From IMG/VR virus record IMGVR_UViG_3300031588_000005, positions 1 through 36,739 of that record: a stretch of DNA of 36,739 nucleotides; one strand, written 5' to 3'. This document shows, in pieces, positions 26,957 through 35,495 of this stretch. Source of the stretch: a virus (lineage: Duplodnaviria; Caudoviricetes). The first letter of the stretch is position 1. Every line of letters starts with the position of its first letter. The position numbers were made by a program, and so were the translations under genes. The notes under the pieces are model-generated. The model saw only the letters and a list, made by a program, of their open reading frames with translations. It made no database searches and was not told where the DNA came from.

Positions 26957-27043
26957 ATGTTAAAAGAAAAATTAGGAGTATTTTACGAGAATACCTTATT
27001 ATGGATAGCTATAAATATTGTACGGCTACCAAAACCAGAATAA
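26957..27043 (+). CDS. Microprotein (28 aa)
   Basis: ACTAATC-ATG; fills gap. Confidence 0.45.
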   Translation: MLKEKLGVFYENTLLWIAINIVRLPKPE

Positions 27044-27052
27044 TGGAGATAA

Positions 27053-27295
27053 ATGACCATGGAACCAACGAGAGCGCGAAATATAGATCACGCAGAGTAT
27101 GAAATAATACAATTCCTTTTGGAATTCAAAGACTTAAATCCATTACAGAAGGTAATGGGCAGTGATGAACACAGCCATGATCGCTGGATTAAAGCAGCAT
27201 CGAGGATAAAAGATAGACTCGAAAAAAGGCAACTATCACTAATTAAGTCGCTGCCCCCTGAACACAAAGCCAGGAAGGGTAGCAATGCTAAGTAG
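27053..27295 (+). CDS. Hypothetical protein
   Basis: GGAG upstream; alternative start 27059 after degenerate AATGACC. Confidence 0.75.
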   Translation: MTMEPTRARNIDHAEYEIIQFLLEFKDLNPLQKVMGSDEHSHDRWIKAASRIKDRLEKRQLSLIKSLPPEHKARKGSNAK

Positions 27296-27524
27296 AGCAC
27301 CAAAAAGAATTAAGTGCAAGATATGTGAACAAATGTTTGACAATCCCATTCACAAGGGTTCAGGCATAGTGATCGTAACTTGCGATGGTTGCAGGCGTGC
27401 AATGTATTCGCCAGCGTCACTAAAAAGGATGGAGCAAGAAGGAACTCAGAAAACAGACGAGCAAATCCTCGAAGAACAGTTTAGTCGGCTCAAAAGGCCA
27501 AAGAACACACTCTCCACCTACTAA
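27285..27524 (+). CDS. Zn-finger protein
   Basis: CKIC...CDGC; no motif. Confidence 0.75.
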   Translation: MLSRAPKRIKCKICEQMFDNPIHKGSGIVIVTCDGCRRAMYSPASLKRMEQEGTQKTDEQILEEQFSRLKRPKNTLSTY

Positions 27525-27532
27525 TACTGACC

Positions 27533-27868
27533 ATGACTAAAATAGTAAACTATGATAGAATCAAAGAAGAAGAATACACGGTGAAACGAATTGGGGTGTA
27601 TAAAATAATACTAGGCGAATTTTATGATTTGCCTTGGATTATGAGAAATGGAAAACACAAACCCCTTCTAATCATGTGTGCTTTTTGCGGCGAAAAGCCA
27701 GCAGAATGTATACTCGAATGTATGGCCTGTGGGCCGGCTAGACCTTGGGAGTTTCAGGACAATGCTTTTTGTGAAGCCTGTCTTGAAGATAATCTCATGA
27801 AAGAAGACGAATATGCTTGGCAGTTCGTAGATGGTGCCACAGAATGTATCATGTGTAAAGAGGAATAA
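27533..27868 (+). CDS. Cys-rich Zn-finger protein
   Basis: Four CxxC; motif-led. Confidence 0.8.
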   Translation: MTKIVNYDRIKEEEYTVKRIGVYKIILGEFYDLPWIMRNGKHKPLLIMCAFCGEKPAECILECMACGPARPWEFQDNAFCEACLEDNLMKEDEYAWQFVDGATECIMCKEE

Positions 27869-27887
27869 TCCTCTACATAAACTGACC

Positions 27888-28199
27888 ATGACAGATAAAG
27901 AACCAACAATAAAACTCGGCGGGCCATCTCTTCTTGAGGAAGATCCGCATCGACATTGGGACATAATACTAAATGATACTTGGTATCATAACGAATACTA
28001 TGACCTCATGTGTAAACTAATGTGGAAGAAATACCCAATAGAAGAGCATGAATCTAGCGTTTGGGCAGATCCAGTGACAAAAAGTGAAGAAGAAATGAGA
28101 CAACTAATAGACGAAATAGCAGATTATTGGAAAGGTCACATAAGAACACTATTGACACAGGTAGATGAAGAAGAATATCCGAAAGGGTTCTTGGGCTAA
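27888..28199 (+). CDS. Hypothetical protein
   Basis: Start moved to motif ATG. Confidence 0.8.
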   Translation: MTDKEPTIKLGGPSLLEEDPHRHWDIILNDTWYHNEYYDLMCKLMWKKYPIEEHESSVWADPVTKSEEEMRQLIDEIADYWKGHIRTLLTQVDEEEYPKGFLG

Positions 28200-28211
28200 A
28201 CCTGACTGACC

Positions 28212-28250
28212 ATGACAATAAGTAAATTTTATGAACTGAGGCAAGCCTAA
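28212..28250 (+). other. Motif-led 12-codon mini-ORF abutting next gene in frame
   Basis: MTISKFYELRQA-TAA-ATG. Confidence 0.5.
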
Positions 28251-28925
28251 ATGGGCTGGTGGCCTCTAAATATAAGAACAGGTGGAATAAATTGGGGTAA
28301 ATCCAATAATGACGATAACAAAATGCCAGGAATAGTAAATGTGGTAGCAACAAACGCACCACTACCCGACTCAGAATTGGTTTGGGGAGACGGACCCGCA
28401 GACATAGTTGATAAGTGGATGGAAGATGAAATGAAACCATTATTCGACAAACTGAATGTAGAATTCATAGACGAAATGGGTCGAGAAATGGGCGCATTAG
28501 AATTTCTAAGCGGCCTAGCATTCTCTCTTCCAGGCATTTGTCACCCTGACTACTCTTCAAGTTACTTGAAGGGTTTACCAATCTGTGAAACACACAGTTT
28601 GGATATTCAAGTCCTTCCTGAAGATAGAAAAAGGGTTGCAATAAAATTAGCAGACGAACATTATTTCTTATGCTCCTGGAACGGAACAGAAATCGTTGAA
28701 ATACATACAAAAGAGAGCCTATATGAAGAATACAATGGCACAAATTTGTTTGATGATTCAGAACTTGATTGGAATGATACCACTTTGGACAAATGGATGG
28801 ACGATATGATTGCCACCGGCACCTTGAATGAACCATGCACCAATGACAACATGACTATTATCTATATTAAGATAAAGAGTGATACTGACCATGACAAAAA
28901 GAAAATTTGTAATGGACGAACCTGA
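28251..28925 (+). CDS. Hypothetical acidic protein
   Basis: 224-aa ORF; MGWW...WGDGPAD; reads through the next motif. Confidence 0.8.
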   Translation: MGWWPLNIRTGGINWGKSNNDDNKMPGIVNVVATNAPLPDSELVWGDGPADIVDKWMEDEMKPLFDKLNVEFIDEMGREMGALEFLSGLAFSLPGICHPDYSSSYLKGLPICETHSLDIQVLPEDRKRVAIKLADEHYFLCSWNGTEIVEIHTKESLYEEYNGTNLFDDSELDWNDTTLDKWMDDMIATGTLNEPCTNDNMTIIYIKIKSDTDHDKKKICNGRT

Positions 28926-29088
28926 CTCCGAAGGTTTCAGTGAAATCCGTCAAGTATATGAAAATGGAACAGAAGGTATTATTGGTTGGTTTCTAATCGA
29001 TAGACATTCTGAAAAAACATTGTTTGAGAAAATCATACTAGATAGTTTGAATTCTCACAACTACGAGCCAGGAGACTGGAAACCTTGA
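28891..29088 (+). CDS. Hypothetical protein
   Basis: Start moved to motif ATG. Confidence 0.75.
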   Translation: MTKRKFVMDEPDSEGFSEIRQVYENGTEGIIGWFLIDRHSEKTLFEKIILDSLNSHNYEPGDWKP

Positions 29089-29104
29089 ACATCTAATACT
29101 GACC

Positions 29105-29848
29105 ATGACTAGCTTACAAAAAGAATTAACACAAACCAATATGAAATGTGTCCCTGATGGATTACATCATATTGAAGTGATATATGATTATGTTCAAGAA
29201 GCATTTCCAAACATATGCGATGAAGTAATTTGCACTACTGGTTGGAAAGAATCACTTGAATGGCAACATAAAGTAAGAAACGCACTCCAAACTCTAAAGG
29301 GAAAAGGGCGCGTACATAAAACAGGATTAGAAAAGGGGTATTGGAGAATACAAGTAAACCTAAACGGCAAAACGCTGCTAGACGCATGTTGTGGAGGCCG
29401 ATCAATATGGTTCGATAAAAAACACACTGATGCAATTTACATGGATATTCGAGAAGAATTACCAGGGACAATTGCATTACAACCAGGATGGTCGGTTGAA
29501 CCGGACATTATTGGCGATTATCGCGATATGGTATTCAAAGACGAAACATTTCACCATGTAATGTGGGACATTCCGCACATTCTAGAAGCTAGAGCCGGAA
29601 TAATGTTACAGAAATACGGGAAACTAGGGCACGATTGGAAAAACGATGTCCAAAGAGGATTCAAAGAAATTTGGAGAGTATTGAAACCACACGGAACATT
29701 AGTGTTCAAGTGGTGCGATCTACATATCTCCGTTTCAGAAATGTTAAGACAATTTCCAGAAACACCTTTACACGGTACAAGAACAAAGAAAAGCGTAAGT
29801 GCCCAACATGGCACATACTGGATCTTTTTCATTAAGATACCGAAATAA
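29105..29848 (+). CDS. Phage-type class I SAM-dependent methyltransferase with N-terminal putative winged helix
   Basis: LDACCGGRSIWFDK, YMDIRE, PD...DYRDM.F.DETF, KYGKL, RVLKPHGTLVFKW; DIPH where this family usually has DPPH. Confidence 0.85.
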   Translation: MTSLQKELTQTNMKCVPDGLHHIEVIYDYVQEAFPNICDEVICTTGWKESLEWQHKVRNALQTLKGKGRVHKTGLEKGYWRIQVNLNGKTLLDACCGGRSIWFDKKHTDAIYMDIREELPGTIALQPGWSVEPDIIGDYRDMVFKDETFHHVMWDIPHILEARAGIMLQKYGKLGHDWKNDVQRGFKEIWRVLKPHGTLVFKWCDLHISVSEMLRQFPETPLHGTRTKKSVSAQHGTYWIFFIKIPK

Positions 29849-29855
29849 ACTGACC

Positions 29856-30119
29856 ATGCATGTACTATATGTAAAACCACCAAGAAAGCCAAAAATGGCT
29901 CTTATCGTGGAAAAAAAATCATATAAATTCGCTAATGACATAATTTCAACGATGGCAGTAATGAAGCCAACTTGGAAATGCGAATTAGTCAAAGCAGAAA
30001 AATTTCCTGGTAACGAGGGCATAATTCCATTAGAAGTAATGAAGCAAGCAATAATAAAGCCGCTTGTGCCATTTGATAGAGAATCATTCGCCGAAGCAAT
30101 TTTATCGGCTCTCCAGTGA
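29856..30119 (+). CDS. Hypothetical protein
   Basis: Start moved to motif ATG. Confidence 0.8.
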   Translation: MHVLYVKPPRKPKMALIVEKKSYKFANDIISTMAVMKPTWKCELVKAEKFPGNEGIIPLEVMKQAIIKPLVPFDRESFAEAILSALQ

Positions 30120-30127
30120 AACTGACC

Positions 30128-30670
30128 ATGACAACAGAACAAAAAATACTATTCTATGAAGGAATGGATTGGAAAGAACTACGAGAAAGTGACATAATTG
30201 CTAATTTAGCAGAAAAAGTAGCAATTGTTATGGGACCAATCCTATACAAAGACTGCTTGATGCTAGGAATAAGGCCTCAAGAGGCCTTTGCAGAAGAATA
30301 TCTATCCAGTTACATGCATAGAATAGAGATAATAGACGAGTGGGAAGGAAAACAAGAATTTCTTTCCCCTATGGGAAGTAATCCGTTAAGTGATTTTACA
30401 CTCAACGGCAGTAAACCTTCAATGAAGAAGGAATTAAGATACGCACTTTCTAAAGATGGAGAACACTTAGAATTTAGAAGATACTGTTTATTAAACGATG
30501 AAGAAAAGACACAGTACGAAATCAAGACGAAAGTCTTTTCGAGAACAGAAATAGTTACAATCTTAAGATTGAATTTGTTCTTTAGAAGTCTTTCTGCGAA
30601 AGATCAAACAAAATGGCTCGATGCCCAAATCGAAGAATACGAACACCTAAGTGGTGAAAATATTGAATAG
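30128..30670 (+). CDS. Hypothetical protein
   Basis: Start moved to motif ATG. Confidence 0.8.
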   Translation: MTTEQKILFYEGMDWKELRESDIIANLAEKVAIVMGPILYKDCLMLGIRPQEAFAEEYLSSYMHRIEIIDEWEGKQEFLSPMGSNPLSDFTLNGSKPSMKKELRYALSKDGEHLEFRRYCLLNDEEKTQYEIKTKVFSRTEIVTILRLNLFFRSLSAKDQTKWLDAQIEEYEHLSGENIE

Positions 30671-31019
30671 ATGGACCGTAGCCACGACAAAAACAAGCAA
30701 AATAGATCTTAGAATCATCCAAGGAAATTATCCCTGGATGATAGAATCGGAACTAGGCGACAACATCGCCCTTGTCAAATCGCAAAGCAAGTCCAAGACT
30801 GGATTTGCCAAAGCAGGAGAACTGAATGAAAGGGATGAGGGTTTCGCAATAGCAGAACTTATCTCAGCAGCACCAGAGATGTATGCAGCAATTATAAAAT
30901 TGGTTTCCAGATTTAACAAGATAAATTACCTACACTCTGAGGATAAGGAAGCAATTGAAAATGCTAAAAAAACTCTAAGAAAGGCCAAGCCTAATACTCT
31001 TATTAATTGGGACAATTGA
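30651..31019 (+). CDS. Phage hypothetical (LIAAAP type)
   Basis: PW...AELISAAPEMY; no motif; start uncertain (TTG 30663 after GGTGA possible). Confidence 0.7.
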   Translation: MVKILNRWTVATTKTSKIDLRIIQGNYPWMIESELGDNIALVKSQSKSKTGFAKAGELNERDEGFAIAELISAAPEMYAAIIKLVSRFNKINYLHSEDKEAIENAKKTLRKAKPNTLINWDN

Positions 31020-31030
31020 CCTGACTGACC

Positions 31031-31324
31031 ATGAAACTAAAAATTCAAAATCCAAACACCCTCAAAATAGAGGAACAAGCCAGGCGTTACCGTAAGCTAC
31101 ACCGAATGGTGTGGAAGAGGTTCAGCCTAATATTGGATGGAAAAGAAGATTTCGACTATCTTGCGAGAAAGATAGCACAAGAAGTGACTGACGAACTTCT
31201 GGATCCTATGATTCGGAAAGTAACCAACCCCGAAATAGCCTGGGATGCAGATGTTACTAGAAAGGGTTATACTATCACAGTAAAACCGAAGGAAGGCCGA
31301 ATGGAGCCAATACTAGGTGAATAA
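31031..31324 (+). CDS. Hypothetical protein
   Basis: Motif-led ORF. Confidence 0.8.
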   Translation: MKLKIQNPNTLKIEEQARRYRKLHRMVWKRFSLILDGKEDFDYLARKIAQEVTDELLDPMIRKVTNPEIAWDADVTRKGYTITVKPKEGRMEPILGE

Positions 31325-31325
31325 G

Positions 31326-31424
31326 ATGACAATTAGCTCAGAATGTGAATGCGATGAACCTCATCCTCGATACAGAGGAAGTCATCCAGTCTCATGTAAT
31401 AGATGCTGCGGAGTGATACATTGA
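31326..31424 (+). CDS. Zn-binding microprotein (32 aa)
   Basis: AGGTGA SD; CEC...CNRC. Confidence 0.6.
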   Translation: MTISSECECDEPHPRYRGSHPVSCNRCCGVIH

Positions 31425-31537
31425 GTCCAAGCAGATATTATACTTGCCCAAAATGTGGCAAACCTATAGAAGCAAATTTCGCGGTAAATTATCCCGATGA
31501 ATGCTATCAAGAAGGGTGCCCTAACAAGGTAAACTGA
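31421..31537 (+). CDS. Zn-ribbon microprotein (38 aa, TTG start)
   Basis: GGAGTGA SD; CPKCG...CYQEGC; stop lies inside the next motif. Confidence 0.6.
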   Translation: MSPSRYYTCPKCGKPIEANFAVNYPDECYQEGCPNKVN

Positions 31538-31539
31538 CC

Positions 31540-31953
31540 ATGACAAAGCAAAAAGCCAGTGATGTTATAATGAGGTTAAGAAGAACCATTGAAGCCAAAA
31601 TCAATGATGGCTCTCTTGATAACATCCATGAAGGACTGCAGGTAAAATTAGGAAACGCCAGTTACACAGGTGACAGCATATTTCCTATAACCTTCAAAAT
31701 TGAAGTATCTGCAACAAACGATGACGGAACAATTGAGACAAAAGAGGTTAAAGATTTCAAGACAAATGCTATCCATTATGGATTGTCACCAGACGATCTA
31801 GGAAAGGAATTCACGCAGAACGACCATACCTTCAAGATCTCAGGATTAAACGGAAAAAGGAGAAAGTATCCAATTTCCGTTACAAGAAATGACGGGAAGA
31901 AATTCAAATTCACCGCAGAACAAATTAAGCAGCTCTTACAGAGGGCTGCTTAA
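31540..31953 (+). CDS. Conserved phage hypothetical
   Basis: YGLSPDDLGKEF...G....RKYP motif. Confidence 0.85.
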   Translation: MTKQKASDVIMRLRRTIEAKINDGSLDNIHEGLQVKLGNASYTGDSIFPITFKIEVSATNDDGTIETKEVKDFKTNAIHYGLSPDDLGKEFTQNDHTFKISGLNGKRRKYPISVTRNDGKKFKFTAEQIKQLLQRAA

Positions 31954-31962
31954 CTACTGACC

Positions 31963-32160
31963 ATGACAGATATAGAAAAAATCAAAGGGACAATACATAT
32001 GTCCAATGGAAAAGAAATAAAATTTTACATAGATGAACAAATGTGGGAACAATGGAATCAAAACGGCGCTTATCTAGTCCAAGCAGGAACATCAAAACTG
32101 CTAGAAATGATGCAGAAAGCATTCGCAGCCTTCCAATTAGAAGGCCCAGAACAAGATTAA
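31963..32160 (+). CDS. Hypothetical protein
   Basis: Motif-led ORF. Confidence 0.78.
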   Translation: MTDIEKIKGTIHMSNGKEIKFYIDEQMWEQWNQNGAYLVQAGTSKLLEMMQKAFAAFQLEGPEQD

Positions 32161-32184
32161 ATGCAACTAGAATTGCCACTGACC

Positions 32185-32499
32185 ATGACAGAACATAGAA
32201 AAATTGACGAGGCACGATACCTCGGACGCACACCTACTAGCAAATGGCAAGAAATAGTTTGGGCCGATGGATTGAAAGCAATCTATCTGGACGATGATAC
32301 ACCTGCTAGTGACACAGATAGGCAACTTATGGCAGACGCACCTTTGTTTTTAGATAAATTAGAGGCTTTGCATGGGTTAATTTGCCTTCTTGATGAAATG
32401 CTGGATCACGATACCATGACATTCCATGCTAGGGAAGAACTAGGGGAACCCCGCGAGTTATGGGATTCGCTCTTCTATGAAAGCAAACTCTCCGATTAG
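32185..32499 (+). CDS. Phage hypothetical (LMADAP type)
   Basis: Y.G.TP..KW...LMADAP; paralog of 8596-8961. Confidence 0.78.
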   Translation: MTEHRKIDEARYLGRTPTSKWQEIVWADGLKAIYLDDDTPASDTDRQLMADAPLFLDKLEALHGLICLLDEMLDHDTMTFHAREELGEPRELWDSLFYESKLSD

Positions 32500-32510
32500 G
32501 AGGACTGACC

Positions 32511-32789
32511 ATGACAAAAATAGAAAATTTAAGAAATTTCATCCAAGATATAAACAGATGGAATAACATAACAGGAGGGACCGACATTACGATCCCTCTT
32601 AATGAAAATACGGCAAAGGACATCGCCAATCATTTAGGAAGCAGACTTTCACCAGAAAATCTTGCGTGTGACGGCGAGTTATCTTACAGTCAAATAAAAT
32701 CTAAATTAAAATATTTGAATAATATTGAGTTAGAGTTTCACAAACACTGTGATTCAGTTGGAATAACTAGACAAGAGATATTGTACTAA
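32511..32789 (+). CDS. Conserved phage hypothetical
   Basis: LSPENLACDGE motif. Confidence 0.82.
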   Translation: MTKIENLRNFIQDINRWNNITGGTDITIPLNENTAKDIANHLGSRLSPENLACDGELSYSQIKSKLKYLNNIELEFHKHCDSVGITRQEILY

Positions 32790-32798
32790 AAACTGACC

Positions 32799-32963
32799 AT
32801 GACAGAAACTAGAGAGAGAATATGTGAACAATATCAATGTGGAAAACCTTACTTCTATGCACTACCAGAGTTTGGTGATTTGTGTAAGGCATGTTACTTG
32901 AAGATGCACGAAGATGGTAGAGTTAAGACCATATACATCGAAGGTGAACATTATATTGTATAA
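32799..32963 (+). CDS. Zn-finger microprotein (54 aa; not in ORF track)
   Basis: Motif-led; CEQYQC...CKAC. Confidence 0.72.
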   Translation: MTETRERICEQYQCGKPYFYALPEFGDLCKACYLKMHEDGRVKTIYIEGEHYIV

Positions 32964-32973
32964 TGACAAAACC

Positions 32974-33234
32974 ATGACTGAAACAGAGATAGCAGAGAAA
33001 AATAGATCCGAGTTAAAAGTCGGAGATAGAATAAAATCATTTGATTTCGGACGGATTGGGAAGTTTGATTCCTTCATAGTTGGAGTGGTTAAGAAAATAG
33101 CGCCTACCAAATTTTGCGGCTCTGAATGCGACCACATACACTTAGAAGCAGAATACGCAATCCCAGAAAGGGAAGAAATAGCGGGAAGAATGTATTACCC
33201 TCATTTGGGGAATCACATAGAAATCATAGACTGA
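32974..33234 (+). CDS. Hypothetical protein (SH3-like)
   Basis: Degenerate AAAACC-ATGAC start; LKVGDRIKSFDF; stop inside next motif. Confidence 0.72.
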   Translation: MTETEIAEKNRSELKVGDRIKSFDFGRIGKFDSFIVGVVKKIAPTKFCGSECDHIHLEAEYAIPEREEIAGRMYYPHLGNHIEIID

Positions 33235-33236
33235 CC

Positions 33237-33737
33237 ATGACAAGATATTTAGAAACAACCGAAATATCAAAGATGTTGAAAGCAGCGATTCTTTCCATAG
33301 CGCCAGACGCTAAGGTAAGTGTAAGAATAGCCAATACTTACTTTACAAGAAAAAACCAAGAAGTAAAGCAAGTCGATGTCTTTGTCAGAAATTTCGACAG
33401 AATTCCCGTTGAGACACTCAACAGGATAGCACAAGCCTGCAGGGCCCACCAGGGTTCTGATATACTCTGCGGCACACCGCTAAGGAGATGGATTCTAGCA
33501 GGTGAATTAGCACAGATGGATGGAGTCAAAGGGCTCAAAGTTCCATGGAGAGGTTCTCAACAAAGACAATTAGTCATGTACGAACCAGAAGAAGTAATTG
33601 TAGGTTGTGAGCAAGTAAACCTCTACATCGGTAGAGGGACAACAGGCTCATTTACGCTACAAAACGACTTCTCCTACATAGTGGAGAACTATGCTATGTG
33701 CGATGATGGATATGCTATGAAATTAATCCTAGCATAA
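33237..33737 (+). CDS. Hypothetical protein, LPD29-like N-terminus
   Basis: YLETTEISKMLKAAI....PDAKVSVR; family tentative. Confidence 0.6.
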   Translation: MTRYLETTEISKMLKAAILSIAPDAKVSVRIANTYFTRKNQEVKQVDVFVRNFDRIPVETLNRIAQACRAHQGSDILCGTPLRRWILAGELAQMDGVKGLKVPWRGSQQRQLVMYEPEEVIVGCEQVNLYIGRGTTGSFTLQNDFSYIVENYAMCDDGYAMKLILA

Positions 33738-33879
33738 ACTGACCATATATTTATTAACAATCTATTTCAATCTAAGATGTCCGAGGAATACAAATGAAAA
33801 TGACATACGAAGAAGCACTAAAAAAATTGATTGAGAATATAGTAAAAGACCTAAAAAAAGAAGAGGAGTGATACTGACC

Positions 33880-34101
33880 ATGACCATGAAATATGAAAAA
33901 ACGACTTACATAAGTCAAATGGCGAAAGAAGATAAAGAAACAATATACAATGAAGTATTGGCAAGTCTTCAACAATATGTTGATTTTGGACCAAGACTTG
34001 CAACAATGAAGTCAATTGCAAGTTATTTAGAAGAAGCGATGGCAGGTCGAATATGCGATATAGAAGACCTAATTCCTATTTCAAAATACATAGGAGACTA
34101 A
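33880..34101 (+). CDS. Hypothetical protein
   Basis: Start moved to motif ATG. Confidence 0.78.
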   Translation: MTMKYEKTTYISQMAKEDKETIYNEVLASLQQYVDFGPRLATMKSIASYLEEAMAGRICDIEDLIPISKYIGD

Positions 34102-34107
34102 CTGACC

Positions 34108-35481
34108 ATGACAGATACATCAAATAATGATGACAATATAGAAGTTATCGAACTTAGCAACTTGCTAGGGAACGAGACTATGACGGAAAATGATGAAATC
34201 CCAAATTGGGACAGACATACGGCAATCGCTAATTCGATGGCCGAATCAGAAGGAGAAGGTTTTGCCTTCTTAAAGAGAGGTAATAGAGGGTCATCGACCT
34301 GCGACTGGAATTTCCAGCCGCTATCGTTCCCCGTACAAATCAATCTTGAAGGAGAACTGAAAGACGACCTGCTTGCTGCAGGTGTATATGATAACAACAA
34401 TTACGCAGACGGAAAAGAGCGTGAGAATGACATAGAAAGTGGATTTTACACTTCGACAAACACTCAAGGAAGGCCTAACCATATCCTGATCTTGAATCCG
34501 AAGCAATCCTCTGAGAACCAACCTATCGGCGCACCACTTGGAGTGGTGAGTGACAGATATGCGGTGGTTTCCTATACAGATCTATACGCTCCTATCGCAA
34601 GATACTGCGACAGGGCTGGTTGGAGTTGGGCAATTACCTGCTACGACCAAGGAAAGAAGGCTAGAATGGACATAGATGTGACAAATCGTGGTGGCTTCGG
34701 AAACGGAACCAACTACTCAATGACACCAGATGGACAATCACGATCAAAGATTATGAAAGCCGCAGACCTAAGAACTGGAGATTTATACAACTACGGTATA
34801 TCAATCCACAACAGCTTAGACGGATCTGGCAGCCTACGAATGGTAGGAGTCGCTCAGAGAGTCGCATGCCTAAATGGAATGGTTGCTAGCAGCAAAAGAC
34901 ATCTATTTTCGTTAAGACACACCGAAAACTCAATCGGATCTATTGATTGGGATAAGTTTGGTTCTCAAATAGGCGAGATGATAACTGATGTAGAGAATGA
35001 ACTACTCTTTGTAGAGTCTCTACAAAACTATGAAATGACTGACGAAATCTTCGATAAGTTACTTGTTGCTGCTCAACAGCGCAAGATATTGACATTACCG
35101 AAGGCTAACCCAATTCTCAACGAAAGAACTGGGGAAATCATTGACTACGAAATGCATCAAGGACACATGTTCCTGGTTTCTAAAGACGGATGGAAAGATC
35201 CTGATAGAGATTGGGTAAAAGTCAAGGGAGAAGCGGTAGGAACCGCCTTCCATGCATACAATGTTCTGACAGGCGGCTTTACACATAAGCCCGCTTGGGC
35301 AGGGCCAAAAACAGATAATGGCTCAGGAGAGAGAAAAATGGCGGGGCGAACGCTCAATCTAAAATCTCTCGACAAGAGGCTATATGATGTTCACCATCTT
35401 CTAAAGGATGTAGTGGAAGGCCGAGTTAATCTCGAAGCGTTCCCAACATCTAGGGAAGCAATGAACATCACGGTGGCTTAG
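34108..35481 (+). CDS. DUF932/DUF945-like protein
   Basis: LGVVSDRY, NSLDGSGS, RVACLNG, RHT, T.FHAYN..T...TH. Confidence 0.85.
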   Translation: MTDTSNNDDNIEVIELSNLLGNETMTENDEIPNWDRHTAIANSMAESEGEGFAFLKRGNRGSSTCDWNFQPLSFPVQINLEGELKDDLLAAGVYDNNNYADGKERENDIESGFYTSTNTQGRPNHILILNPKQSSENQPIGAPLGVVSDRYAVVSYTDLYAPIARYCDRAGWSWAITCYDQGKKARMDIDVTNRGGFGNGTNYSMTPDGQSRSKIMKAADLRTGDLYNYGISIHNSLDGSGSLRMVGVAQRVACLNGMVASSKRHLFSLRHTENSIGSIDWDKFGSQIGEMITDVENELLFVESLQNYEMTDEIFDKLLVAAQQRKILTLPKANPILNERTGEIIDYEMHQGHMFLVSKDGWKDPDRDWVKVKGEAVGTAFHAYNVLTGGFTHKPAWAGPKTDNGSGERKMAGRTLNLKSLDKRLYDVHHLLKDVVEGRVNLEAFPTSREAMNITVA

Positions 35482-35495
35482 GCCACCAACTGACC

